A stretch of DNA of 64,000 bases from an uncultured Bacillota bacterium. GTDB taxonomy: Bacteria > Bacillota_I > Bacilli_A > RFN20 > CAG-826. The notes below the pieces were generated by a model. The model was not told the origin of the DNA. It saw only the letters and a program-made list of their open reading frames with translations, and searched no databases. Positions within the stretch are counted from its first letter, which is position 1. Each line of letters begins with the position of its first letter. The stretch spans positions 880,099 to 944,098 of the forward strand of contig OX437086.1 of NCBI GenBank assembly GCA_949299565.1, given 5' to 3'. A program made the translations under genes and the position numbers. This document shows positions 48,275-57,972 of the stretch, in pieces.

Positions 48275-48665
48275 AGTTATCTCCTTTTTGAATTGAAAAT
48301 GAACGAGACGCTAGATAGTCAACAAGATGATATTGAGCTGAAAAATTCAGGCGTAATGATGACGGATAAAGTTCTCCTTCAAAAAGAAAGGAGTCTTTGA
48401 CACTGATTGTATAGTTGTATTCGATTCCAGGGCGCGAAGAGAAATTCCTTAGAAAATAAGAATCTAATAGTTCTTCCAAGTCAGTAAGAAGAAAGTAAGG
48501 CTGCGCTCCTTCTCCTTTTAAGCTAAAAGCATCAACCGCTAATTGAATGTCTTGGTAATCAAGTTTTAGCCAGGTCTTATCAATGAAGTTATAAGTTAAC
48601 GAATGATCAAAAAGGAAGGCGCTCAGGAGAAAGAAAAGCGAAGAAAAAAGAAAATTTAACATCAA
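48252..48665 (-). CDS. Hypothetical protein with N-terminal signal/anchor (pilus-operon gene)
   Basis: 137 aa; hydrophobic N-terminus; overlaps flanking genes. Confidence 0.45.
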   Translation of the reverse strand: MMLNFLFSSLFFLLSAFLFDHSLTYNFIDKTWLKLDYQDIQLAVDAFSLKGEGAQPYFLLTDLEELLDSYFLRNFSSRPGIEYNYTISVKDSFLFEGELYPSSLRLNFSAQYHLVDYLASRSFSIQKGDNYGNSGSA

Positions 48666-49723
48666 TAATCCTCAATGACGCACCACGTCGAGTTATCGCA
48701 CTCACCAAAATAATTCGTATCATGAATGATGCTGAAGCGATATAAAAGCGAGTCCTCAGCGATTTCGCCAACGCCTTCGATTTCCAAAGCGAAATTATAT
48801 GTTCGCGTTTCTCCAACCTTTAACGCCGCTAAAGGAATCTCTTCGAGAAACGAGCAATTTTCCGGGTGGTTGGCCCCATCATAGATTCTTTTCGTGTCTA
48901 AAGATATCGCTAACGGGTCCTTTAAAAGGAACGAGGTTGTTTGATCATCGTTTCTGACGCCTTTAAGCGAAAATTCAATAGCGGTTCCGTAACGATCAAT
49001 AAATGGCGATAAAAACGAGAAAAGATCGTGATTATCGTACAATTTCAAAGTCGCATTTTTAAAACTTAAAGGTTTAAGAGATCCATCATAATCGCGAGTT
49101 TGAAAACGAAGCTCAGAAAGAGAAAAGATTCCGTTCTCCGGATTATAAAAATTTTCACGACATCCCGCAGTCAAAAACGAATAAGGCAAAATGTGCGGAC
49201 GTCCGTTTTTAAAGATCGTTCCGCTTCCGCGTTCGCTTTGAATCTCAAGATTATCATTTATTAAATATTCTTGTCCTTCAGGCTTATATCCGAAGGCAAA
49301 ACTTGTGACCCAAGACCAAGTTCGCTCTAGCCCCTCCCATTCAGAGAACACTAAATTTATCGTGTTACGACCTGCATATAAATTTTCGTGCGGAATCAAA
49401 AAAGAATATGTGCGTTCAACATCGCCTTTGACGCTAATTCCGCCGAGCGCTACTCGCGAAAGAGAATAACCGTCTTCCCCATATGTTGCCGTCGTAAGCG
49501 GGTTTTTAAGATGTGCCTCCAATGAGAGGTTCATATTGTGGCTCGGAATAAATCCGAAACGTAAATTGTAGTCAATGTCAATTGAACGCAAAGGACGAAT
49601 TACTCCATCAGCAAAACCTCCTAAACGAGACGGTGGCTGAATCTCGTTTTGCAGGCGATATGAAGATAAAAAAGGCACAAGAAAAAGAAGGGAACAAAGC
49701 CCTTTAATTTTTAAGGACTTCAT
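48662..49723 (-). CDS. Secreted protein of the pilus-like operon
   Basis: 353 aa with N-terminal signal peptide (MKSLKIKGLCSLLFLVPFLSS); no family recognised. Confidence 0.5.
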   Translation of the reverse strand: MKSLKIKGLCSLLFLVPFLSSYRLQNEIQPPSRLGGFADGVIRPLRSIDIDYNLRFGFIPSHNMNLSLEAHLKNPLTTATYGEDGYSLSRVALGGISVKGDVERTYSFLIPHENLYAGRNTINLVFSEWEGLERTWSWVTSFAFGYKPEGQEYLINDNLEIQSERGSGTIFKNGRPHILPYSFLTAGCRENFYNPENGIFSLSELRFQTRDYDGSLKPLSFKNATLKLYDNHDLFSFLSPFIDRYGTAIEFSLKGVRNDDQTTSFLLKDPLAISLDTKRIYDGANHPENCSFLEEIPLAALKVGETRTYNFALEIEGVGEIAEDSLLYRFSIIHDTNYFGECDNSTWCVIEDY

Positions 49724-49725
49724 TT

Positions 49726-50088
49726 TTAACTCAAAAAGCCTTCCAGCGTCTTAGCAAATAAACGATTCCGAAAACGTCGATAATTTTTCGGATCCATGAA
49801 TTCCAACCACCACCAATTGTAATGACGGCCCCGTTCTAAACATTCGCAAAGAAATACACGCCTCCCAAAATCTGGAAGCGATTCGTAATAATCTAAAATT
49901 TGCAAAACAAATTGAACGCTTAAAGAATCATCCTTGTGTCGCATCAAAAAGTCTCTGTCGAGATCGTATACATGTTCATCGGGACTATAACCAATCTCGA
50001 CAAGGGCTTGACGATACATCGCACCTAAAAGACCCATTACAGCGTTCCTGTCATTGAGTTTTAGATCAATAGCAATAACGTCACTCAT
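49726..50088 (-). CDS. Hypothetical small protein, first gene of the pilus-like operon
   Basis: 120 aa; basic/aromatic C-terminal region (RHYNWWWLEF...RRFRNRLF); family not recognised. Confidence 0.45.
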   Translation of the reverse strand: MSDVIAIDLKLNDRNAVMGLLGAMYRQALVEIGYSPDEHVYDLDRDFLMRHKDDSLSVQFVLQILDYYESLPDFGRRVFLCECLERGRHYNWWWLEFMDPKNYRRFRNRLFAKTLEGFLS

Positions 50089-50167
50089 CTTTCATTTTCT
50101 CCTTTCACCACTTATATAGGACAAAGCCAGAAAAAAGTCCCGCATTATTTTTATTTTTCTCAATGTC

Positions 50168-50770
50168 TTGCAAGATATAAGAGTAAAACTTACAATCGGT
50201 TTAATGATTTTATTATCCGGACCTTCCGCCAGCGGCAAAACCGAAGTTGCAAAAATGTTAAAGTTGCTTTTCGGAATCCAAAAAGCAGTCACGCACACGA
50301 CACGCTCACCACGCAAAGGCGAAAAGAATGCGATCGATTACTTTTTTGTCAGCAAAGAAAGGTTTCTCGAACTTAAAAAGCAAGACTTCTTCGTCGAAAC
50401 AACTTTTTATAACCAAAATTATTATGGATGCGGCAAAGATCAAATTTCTCCCGCTAAAGTTGTGGTCGTTGATCCTAACGGCTTGAAAAGTTTTTTGGCA
50501 TTAAACAATCGCGGTGTCGTCTCTTTCTTTTTAAAAGCAAAAGAAGAAACGCGGATTAAAAGAATGAGAAATCGCGGCGACAGCGAAGAAGCGATTGCTT
50601 CTAGAATTTCTAATGATCGCATCGAATTTGCAAGCAATAAAATTCCGCCCACGAATTTTCAAATCACGACTGATGATTTACCGCTTGAAGGCGTTGCTCA
50701 AGAGGTATATAAGCTCTATTTAGCGGCTCTTCAAAAGCAAGGAATTTCCTTATCCACCGCTTCTAAATAA
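50168..50770 (+). CDS. gmk: Guanylate kinase
   Basis: P-loop LSGPSASGKTE and GMP-binding region THTTRSPRKGEKNAIDYFFV; start uncertain (alternative ATG at 50204, MILLSGPS). Confidence 0.85.
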   Translation: MQDIRVKLTIGLMILLSGPSASGKTEVAKMLKLLFGIQKAVTHTTRSPRKGEKNAIDYFFVSKERFLELKKQDFFVETTFYNQNYYGCGKDQISPAKVVVVDPNGLKSFLALNNRGVVSFFLKAKEETRIKRMRNRGDSEEAIASRISNDRIEFASNKIPPTNFQITTDDLPLEGVAQEVYKLYLAALQKQGISLSTASK

Positions 50771-51543
50771 GCATCTAATTCTCTCTTTTTCGGATATTTC
50801 AGAGGCTTTCTGCATGGTTTTCCTCGCATTTCAAGAAATCCATCCAAAGCGTAATATCCAGGTTCGGAAAGCGCGGCCATATAATATAAATCGCCAATTT
50901 GCTCTTTGATAGGTGTAAATTTTGTCACCAAGTTGTTAAAAAGACGATAAATCGTCGGTGCTTCCGATGAATAGATATTCGTTTTAATAACACCAGGATG
51001 CAATAACGAAAGATTATAGCCTTGCTTTAGGAATTCAAAATAAAGGAGATAAATCATTTCCTTGCTCACCTTATATTCGAGGCGTGGACGCAGAGGATTA
51101 TGAAATAAGAAAGATGAAAAATCTAAGTGAGGCGGCTTCTCACGAGCCATTGAAGTTACAAGAACCTCGCGAAGATTCGGATATAATTCATGAAAGGCCA
51201 CCGCTAATTGCCTTACACCCCAATAATTGATTCTAATGGTTTCGCTGCAGACAGAATTTCCTACCTTCTCCTTTGGAAATTGGACACCGGCATTAAAAAT
51301 CGCAACATCCAATTGAAGATCTTTAAAATATGAAATAAGTTTTTCGTTACTGCTCTTCTCGCCTTGATTATGCTCGATGAAATGCACACGCTCGCAATAT
51401 TGCGACGGGATAGTTTCAAGAACTTCTTGCCCTTTCTTAGTATTTCTTCCACTGATATAAACTTCATGACCTTTTTCAAGAAAGGAAATAGCCGCGGCTA
51501 AGCCTAATCCCGATGTCCCGCCAGTTATCAATATTTTTTTCAT
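50731..51543 (-). CDS. Short-chain dehydrogenase/reductase (SDR) family oxidoreductase
   Basis: N-terminal Rossmann motif ILITGGTSGLGLAAA. Confidence 0.75.
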   Translation of the reverse strand: MKKILITGGTSGLGLAAAISFLEKGHEVYISGRNTKKGQEVLETIPSQYCERVHFIEHNQGEKSSNEKLISYFKDLQLDVAIFNAGVQFPKEKVGNSVCSETIRINYWGVRQLAVAFHELYPNLREVLVTSMAREKPPHLDFSSFLFHNPLRPRLEYKVSKEMIYLLYFEFLKQGYNLSLLHPGVIKTNIYSSEAPTIYRLFNNLVTKFTPIKEQIGDLYYMAALSEPGYYALDGFLEMRGKPCRKPLKYPKKRELDAYLEAVDKEIPCF

Positions 51544-51560
51544 GTCTTGATTCTAACAAA

Positions 51561-51590
51561 AAAGCCCAACCATGCGGTCAGGCTTTTATG
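51561..51590 (-). terminator. Candidate Rho-independent terminator after gene 51603..54065
   Basis: Minus-strand hairpin AAAAGCC-(14 nt)-GGCTTTT followed by a T-run; stem is A/T-rich and weak. Confidence 0.3.
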
Positions 51591-51602
51591 ATCAATAGTT
51601 AC

Positions 51603-54065
51603 TTATTCCTCGTCTTCCACATCGTCCTCATCTTTGCCGGAGGCATTTTGAGGTTTGTAGTCAACAAGTTCAGAAGCGTAGTCTTTATTAATAACCTTCC
51701 CCTGTTCGAGATCATCACGCTCACAAGCATCAGCGATCAATTGTTTTGCGCGCTTCATCGAAAGAGGAGATTTAACTTTAAAGACAACAGGAATCTCGCG
51801 ATAGATATTCTTGTCACCAGCATCCTTTACAGGAATGGGCGAGTTCTCATAATCTTTCGGATCAAGGGCCAAATAAAGTTTTAAGCCTTTTCCCGCCACT
51901 GTAATCTTCACATAAGTTTTAGTGTGAAGGCGGAAGGTATCACCGGAATTTGAAAGGCGACTCTTAAGCCCATAGGAGAGGCATTCGGCTTTGAGCTCAT
52001 TGTAGTTATCTTTCAGTTCTTGCTCAGAGGACAATAAACGTGTCGGGAACGGAATTCGAATAATTTTAGGTTTTTCGACTGGTTCCTTCACCTCTGTTTT
52101 AACTTCTTTTTCGACCACCACGGGAGCTGGAGCCGGAGGTACATTAACGATAATCTGCGGCATCACCGCCGGGGCTGGCGCAGGAGCCGCTTCCGGCTTG
52201 ACCTCAGGTTCAACGGGGGCTGGAGCAACTTCAGGCTCTTCTTTAACTTCCGGAACCGGCGTCATGGCCTTTAATTCTTCGATTTTGCGGGATAATTCAT
52301 CAGCGATGATTGCCCGAATATCCTCAGGTTTCACCATTGCGTTTTTAAGAGCTTCAATGCTTTCGGTTTGTGCATCGTCAATTCTCCGCTGCGCTTCCTT
52401 TTCAGCTAAACGAGCCTCTTCTTCAGCACGTTCTTTTTCTTCTTGCTCTTTGATGGCTAAGGCTTTTCTATCGGCTTCGGCACGAATACGGGCATCCTCA
52501 GCCTCTTGCTTCCGCAAAGCCGCCTCTTTTTCTGCTTCTATGCGAGCATTAGCTAGAGCCTCCTCGCGAGCTTTGCTCTCTTCACGGAAACGCGCAAACT
52601 CTTCAGCCATGATTGAACGAATGTCATCAACAGTTAAAGACGGCGTTTTTTCTTCAGTCTCAGGAGCTTTTTCGGTTTTTTCTTCAAGAGGAGCAGGCGC
52701 TACAGCCTCCTCTTTAGTGCTTTCAACAACCGGCTCATCTTTTGGAGCAGGAGTTTCTTTGCTCATAGCCAATTCTTCGCGAATGATTGAACGAAGATCT
52801 TCAGAAGTTAAGGATTCCTCCTCTTCATAATCCTCATCATCGTCGACAAATTCTGGGTATGAACGAGCATAGTAACTATCAAGTTCCTCGCGAATCAACT
52901 TGCGGGCTTCATCATCCGTCAAAGGTTTGTCGTTATCTGGATGATCGTGATCATCAAGCGCTTCCTGGATGATGGAGCGAAGTTCACGAGCCGTCAATGG
53001 GCGGTTGCTCTCATCGATCGGCGTTGGAGCCGGAACCGGTTGCGGAGCAGGCGCAACAACGGGCTTTTCTTCAATCTTTTCCTCTTTTTTAAGTTCATCA
53101 TAGTGATGATAATGATGTACTTCGTTAGGAGCGACTTCGTTTGTGGAAGCAGTTTTGTTTTCAGGCATTGCCCCTGCGTAATAAATGTTTTGTACAATGT
53201 AAGGATTGGTTGTAGCCGTTGGCTCCGGCGTCACCTTCTTTTCTTCTTCGGGTTTAGTCGGCGCATTATTGGCGTTATTAATCACAATCGGAGCAGTTGC
53301 GGCTTTATTATCGGGAGTGACTGGCGTGCCTTTATTCGTCAATTCTTCATATTGCGCCGCTTTTAGAGCATCGAGATCTTCATCCGTCACTTCTTGCGGA
53401 GTGTAGGCTAATTCTTTGCTGAGGGCTTCATCATGGGCGATGGCCTTCTTTGTCGTGCCTGGATTGACACGGCAATCGTGAATGCCAGTGCATAAAGCAA
53501 CAAAAGCTAAAATCAAGCCAACAAGCGTCAAAAGCATTCCTAAAATATGAATGAGATGGAAGGCTAATAAATCAGTTGTAAATGAGGCGCCGATGTTTAA
53601 GAAATAATCAATGACGTAGTTGCTTTCAAAAAGCGACAAAACGGCCAATAAACCAATTGCCATCGAAACAAAGGAAACAATCCATGTCCAAATAACAGAT
53701 GGGCGCTTACGAGCGATGAAGACAATTAAGGTGATGATCCACAAAACGACAATCACAACAGCAAGAACGCCAATCACCAATCCAGCATAGAGATTGAAAA
53801 CAGCGACACTGCTAACACCCATTACACCGCTAGCAAAATCTAAGCCAAAGAAGCCTTGGAAATACGAACTTAATAAATCAGGAAGATGGCCTAAGTAGCT
53901 ATTAAAGATATCGAATGTCAATTGGAAACTACCGCCAGGAAGGGTTTGGAATGAGAACAGCAAGCATAAAATACCGGCTGCGACGAAAAGAAAACCGAAA
54001 AGCGTCAACAACGAATGACGTTTCAGAACTTTCCGTTTTTTCTGAGGAAATTCAACATTTGCCAT
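51603..54065 (-). CDS. Large membrane protein with charged coiled-coil/low-complexity region and five periodic LR(S/A)II-x-EEL repeats
   Basis: 820 aa: N-terminal multi-TM domain, Pro/Ala/Glu/Lys-rich linkers, five copies of (D/E)(L/I)R(S/A)II(x)EEL, ERK-rich helical segment, globular C-terminal domain. Confidence 0.75.
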   Translation of the reverse strand: MANVEFPQKKRKVLKRHSLLTLFGFLFVAAGILCLLFSFQTLPGGSFQLTFDIFNSYLGHLPDLLSSYFQGFFGLDFASGVMGVSSVAVFNLYAGLVIGVLAVVIVVLWIITLIVFIARKRPSVIWTWIVSFVSMAIGLLAVLSLFESNYVIDYFLNIGASFTTDLLAFHLIHILGMLLTLVGLILAFVALCTGIHDCRVNPGTTKKAIAHDEALSKELAYTPQEVTDEDLDALKAAQYEELTNKGTPVTPDNKAATAPIVINNANNAPTKPEEEKKVTPEPTATTNPYIVQNIYYAGAMPENKTASTNEVAPNEVHHYHHYDELKKEEKIEEKPVVAPAPQPVPAPTPIDESNRPLTARELRSIIQEALDDHDHPDNDKPLTDDEARKLIREELDSYYARSYPEFVDDDEDYEEEESLTSEDLRSIIREELAMSKETPAPKDEPVVESTKEEAVAPAPLEEKTEKAPETEEKTPSLTVDDIRSIMAEEFARFREESKAREEALANARIEAEKEAALRKQEAEDARIRAEADRKALAIKEQEEKERAEEEARLAEKEAQRRIDDAQTESIEALKNAMVKPEDIRAIIADELSRKIEELKAMTPVPEVKEEPEVAPAPVEPEVKPEAAPAPAPAVMPQIIVNVPPAPAPVVVEKEVKTEVKEPVEKPKIIRIPFPTRLLSSEQELKDNYNELKAECLSYGLKSRLSNSGDTFRLHTKTYVKITVAGKGLKLYLALDPKDYENSPIPVKDAGDKNIYREIPVVFKVKSPLSMKRAKQLIADACERDDLEQGKVINKDYASELVDYKPQNASGKDEDDVEDEE

Positions 54066-54134
54066 AGGTTTTACCTCTCTTTTAATTAGATTTTAGGTCT
54101 TTTGCCATGATTTTGAAAGCGATTTCATCTAATT

Positions 54135-54201
54135 TTGCGGCATTTTTGCAAGGATACCAAAAATTAAAATTCCAATTTCAAAACGAAATTGCGGCATTTT
54201 T
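54135..54201 (-). promoter_or_regulatory. Two direct copies of TTGCGGCATTTTT upstream of gene 51603..54065
   Basis: Identical 13-mers at 54135-54147 and 54189-54201, 54 bp apart, in the intergenic region. Confidence 0.3.
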
Positions 54202-54264
54202 ATTAGAAAAGTTTCGATAAATACTAGTTTTATCTTAAAAAACTAACCCGCTCAGCATTTAAAA

Positions 54265-55128
54265 TTATTTCTTGCGCTGCAGAGTAAAAACGTGAAGAAC
54301 ACGATAATGATAATTAAATTTGGCAGGTCCACTTTTCCATTTCTCACCATCGAGGCACCAATGAAGATCATTCGGTAAACTCAAAGAGAAATTCTTGAAA
54401 TTTAACGGCATAACTTTCTTTGGAAAAAAGAAATGCCAAAGCCCGTTTAAAAAGGAAGGCGAAGGAAGAAATAATGACAAATTCGCATCAAACGGAGTGT
54501 GCCCACCATTGACCTTAAACCCACCGGCATAGGCACCATTAAGGACCATCGCGAAAGGAACTTGGCCTTGAATTTTCTTATTTAAGCACTCTAATGAGTA
54601 ATTATACGCTTTCCGGTTAATCGCGCTCTTAAAAGCGGAAAAATAATATGAAAACCTCTTCCAAAAATGCTTGCCTTTCGCCAGATATGATAAATCCGAA
54701 TAAGTCCCGATCGCGCAAAAATAAGCAAAGTAGCGGCGTTCTCCCCCTACTTCAATGCTTCCCAGGTTATAAGATCTAGGCTCGCCGTTTAAAACTGTAT
54801 TTAATGTCTGACGATGGCTCTTTCCTAATCCCCAGGCGCGCGCAACATCGCCAAGCGTTCCGCCTTTTAAATAACCAATTGTCGGACGAACGCGAAGAGT
54901 CAATATAAGGTTTAAAAAAGAAGAGAAAGCCCCGTCTCCGCCTTCAAAGATGATAGTCGCGAATTCTCCATCGTGCAGATATAGATAAGAGGCAAGGCTT
55001 GCATAATTCGGGCTGCGAAAAATCGTCAATGACGGGAAACGGCCCTGCAATTCTTTGGCAGTGCGTTGAATATGTTTTTCCGTAGGCGGGTTTGCACCTC
55101 CTAACGAAACAGCATATAAAACAGCCAT
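54265..55128 (-). CDS. GGDG-motif lipid-kinase-like protein (DAGK_cat / YegS-like superfamily)
   Basis: 287 aa with IIFEGGDGAFSSF resembling the kinase GGDG loop; immediately downstream of pyrG. Confidence 0.5.
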   Translation of the reverse strand: MAVLYAVSLGGANPPTEKHIQRTAKELQGRFPSLTIFRSPNYASLASYLYLHDGEFATIIFEGGDGAFSSFLNLILTLRVRPTIGYLKGGTLGDVARAWGLGKSHRQTLNTVLNGEPRSYNLGSIEVGGERRYFAYFCAIGTYSDLSYLAKGKHFWKRFSYYFSAFKSAINRKAYNYSLECLNKKIQGQVPFAMVLNGAYAGGFKVNGGHTPFDANLSLFLPSPSFLNGLWHFFFPKKVMPLNFKNFSLSLPNDLHWCLDGEKWKSGPAKFNYHYRVLHVFTLQRKK

Positions 55129-55136
55129 AAGGAAAA

Positions 55137-56747
55137 CTACCTCGCCGTTCCTTTATCAAGCGCGGCTTTTACAAAACCATGAAATAATGGATTTGGTTTA
55201 AGAGGACGCGAAGTAAATTCGGGGTGGAACTGTGAAGCCAAGAAAAACGGATGATCTTTTAATTCAATAATTTCAACCAAGTTTGAATCGGGATTTAAAC
55301 CGCTGAAAACCATTCCGGCTTTAGCAAAAGCTTCGCGGTACTCGTTATTAAATTCATAACGATGACGATGACGTTCTTGAATCAATTCTTTTTGATAAAG
55401 AGAGGACGCTAAACTGCCTTCCAAAAGACGGCAATCATAATTTCCGAGTCGCATCGTTCCGCCCATTTGAATTCCCGAATACTGATCGCGCAACAAATCG
55501 ATGACTGGGCACGGCGTGTGCGGATCGAATTCAGTGGTGTTCGCCTCTTCTAATTTCATAACGTGTTCTGCATATTCGATGATTGCAAGTTGCATGCCAA
55601 AACAAATTCCAAGAAAGGGAATCTTCTCTTCGCGCGCGTAACGGATGGCTTCTTTTTTTCCTTCGCTTCCGCGTTCACCGAAACCGCCCGGCACCAAGAT
55701 TCCTTGAACATCCTTTAAAACTTCAGTGACGTTGTCGTGAGTAATGTCAACGCTTCTGATCCAAGAGATTTCAACTTCAGCCCCTTCTTTATAGCCGGCA
55801 TGCTTAAGCGCTGAAGAAACCGACAAATAAGCATCGTGAAGCTCAACATATTTACCAATGAGAGCAATTTTCACCTTTTTATTTGCAGTTTTAATACTCT
55901 TGACCCACCTTTCCCATTCATGTAAGTCAATAGAATCAGCTTCTAAATGCAAATGACGCAATACATAATCATCAAGCCCCTGCTCATGGAGCAAGAACGG
56001 CAATTCATAAACATTCTTCTGATCTAAAGCCTCAAAAACTCCTGAAGGCGGAACATTGCAGAAAAGAGAAATCTTTTCTTTTTCCTTGCTAGCCAAGGCA
56101 ACTTCACTTCTTAAAACGATAGCGTCAGGCTGAATTCCTAAACCCAAAAGTTCCTTGACTGAATGCTGCGTCGGTTTCGTCTTTGACTCCCCGGCGCTTC
56201 TCAAATAAGGGACAAGAGTGTTATGGATAAACATCACGTTTTCATAGCCGAGCTCTGACCGCGTCTGACGGACAGCTTCTAAGAACGGTTGACTCTCAAT
56301 ATCTCCGACTGTCCCACCGATTTCCGCGATTAAGACATCAGCGCCAGAAACTTTCATTGCCTCGAGGAGCCGCCCTTTAATTTCATTTGTAACGTGTGGA
56401 ATCACTTGCACGCATGCGCCGAGATAATCCCCGCGCCGTTCCTTATCCATTACGGCCCGATATATTTTTCCAGAAGTGACAGAACTCTCCTTGCTGAGCG
56501 TCAAATCAACCCATCGTTCATAATGTCCCAAGTCTAAATCAGTCTCAGCCCCGTCTGCCGTCACATAAACTTCGCCGTGTTGATAAGGCGACATCGTGCC
56601 GGGATCAACATTTAAATACGGGTCGAACTTTTGCATGAAGACTTTAAGTCCGCGGCTCTTGAGTAAAAGGCCTAACGAAGAGGCAAAAATTCCTTTTCCT
56701 AAACTCGAAACAACGCCGCCCGTTACAAAGACAAATTTAGAAGCCAT
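55137..56747 (-). CDS. pyrG: CTP synthase
   Basis: 536 aa; N-terminal synthetase domain ([19 protein letters not shown]) and C-terminal glutamine amidotransferase domain (GICFGMQL, catalytic Cys). Confidence 0.95.
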   Translation of the reverse strand: MASKFVFVTGGVVSSLGKGIFASSLGLLLKSRGLKVFMQKFDPYLNVDPGTMSPYQHGEVYVTADGAETDLDLGHYERWVDLTLSKESSVTSGKIYRAVMDKERRGDYLGACVQVIPHVTNEIKGRLLEAMKVSGADVLIAEIGGTVGDIESQPFLEAVRQTRSELGYENVMFIHNTLVPYLRSAGESKTKPTQHSVKELLGLGIQPDAIVLRSEVALASKEKEKISLFCNVPPSGVFEALDQKNVYELPFLLHEQGLDDYVLRHLHLEADSIDLHEWERWVKSIKTANKKVKIALIGKYVELHDAYLSVSSALKHAGYKEGAEVEISWIRSVDITHDNVTEVLKDVQGILVPGGFGERGSEGKKEAIRYAREEKIPFLGICFGMQLAIIEYAEHVMKLEEANTTEFDPHTPCPVIDLLRDQYSGIQMGGTMRLGNYDCRLLEGSLASSLYQKELIQERHRHRYEFNNEYREAFAKAGMVFSGLNPDSNLVEIIELKDHPFFLASQFHPEFTSRPLKPNPLFHGFVKAALDKGTAR

Positions 56748-56901
56748 CTCCGTCCCTCACATTTCGCCGTTATGATAGACTATCTAAGAGACAACTTAAA
56801 GGAAAAATACCCGCAAAAGCCCCTTAAATTTCATTCTAGAAATCTCATATCTTCAAAAATAAGTATTTAAAACAAAGAGGAGGACAGTAAAATTACCTTG
56901 T

Positions 56902-57942
56902 ATGAATAAACTAAAAATTAACATGCACGTCGCTGGACTCAACGTCAAAGGACAAGGCGTAGGTTCTGCCTATCTTGAACAAGAAAAGTTAGTGTCTTCG
57001 TTGCCGAGTTTAGATGTCTCCGTTAACAAAACGCATCCTGCTAAATTTACAATCAACCATTTCCATACTGTTAATCCTTCCTTCTATTTCAAATTTTCAA
57101 AGAAAAGCATCAACGTTGTCTCTGTTCATTTCATTCCCGAATATGACGACGGCTCCTTAAAAATGCCGAAATGGATGTTTAAGATTTATCGTAAATATGT
57201 TTTGTCTTTCTACCACAAAGCTGATGAAGTGATGGTCGTAAATCCCTATTTCATCAAAGAATTGGAGAAAATTCAGATTCCAAGAGAACGCGTCACTTAT
57301 ATTCCAAATTTTGTGAGCGATACAAAGTTTCACCCTCTTGAAAATATCGAGGAACTTCGTTCCCGCTATAACTTGGACCCTAAACGCTTTACCGTCTTAG
57401 GCGTCGGACAAACGCAAACAAGAAAAGGCATTTTAGATTTCGGGCAAATTGCAAAAGAAAACCCCGATATTCAATTCCTTTGGGCCGGCGGCTTCTCCTT
57501 CGGTCATTTGACGTCAGGCTACCAAGAAATTAAAGATTTGATGGAACACGCTCCGGAAAACCTGAAATTTCTCGGAATCGTCGATCGCGAAAAGATGAAC
57601 GAAATCTACAATTTAGCGGACGTTCTCTTTCTCCCCTCCTATCAAGAATTATTCCCGATGACGCTTTTGGAGGCTGTTAATGTTGGACTGCCGTTTCTTG
57701 TCCGCGATTTGGATTTATATAAGGACATCTTCCTCTCGCCATATCTAGTTGGAAGTAACAACGAAGAGTTCATTAAAATACTTAATCATTTACGTGACGA
57801 TCGGGATTTTTACGAAAAAGCCAAGAAATTTTCGTTAGAAATCAAGAATTATTATAGCCGCGAACATGTCGCTAAATTGTGGGATGAATATTATCATCGT
57901 CTCGCGCAAAAATATGCTGCCAAAATAAAAAAGCAGGAATAA
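56902..57942 (+). CDS. Family 4 glycosyltransferase (GT4; possibly a glycolipid synthase)
   Basis: 346 aa; C-terminal GT-B fold segment (LPSYQELFPMTLLEAVNVGLPFLVRD) resembling GT4 E-x7-E region. Confidence 0.7.
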   Translation: MNKLKINMHVAGLNVKGQGVGSAYLEQEKLVSSLPSLDVSVNKTHPAKFTINHFHTVNPSFYFKFSKKSINVVSVHFIPEYDDGSLKMPKWMFKIYRKYVLSFYHKADEVMVVNPYFIKELEKIQIPRERVTYIPNFVSDTKFHPLENIEELRSRYNLDPKRFTVLGVGQTQTRKGILDFGQIAKENPDIQFLWAGGFSFGHLTSGYQEIKDLMEHAPENLKFLGIVDREKMNEIYNLADVLFLPSYQELFPMTLLEAVNVGLPFLVRDLDLYKDIFLSPYLVGSNNEEFIKILNHLRDDRDFYEKAKKFSLEIKNYYSREHVAKLWDEYYHRLAQKYAAKIKKQE

Positions 57943-57958
57943 CCCTGCTTTTCTTTTT
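57929..57958. terminator. Rho-independent terminator, probably bidirectional
   Basis: Stem AAGCAGG / CCTGCTT with loop AATAAC, then TTCTTTTT; A-run on the other side; between convergent genes. Confidence 0.55.
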
Positions 57959-57972
57959 GGTGCTAGAAATTG

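Noticed and set aside
52198-53406. Track ORFs on the plus strand (52198..52830, 52941..53366, 53206..53406) inside the large minus-strand gene
   Set aside because: They are antisense to a well-supported 820-aa gene, lie in its low-complexity region, and translate to Ser/Ala/Arg-rich products typical of antisense artefacts.
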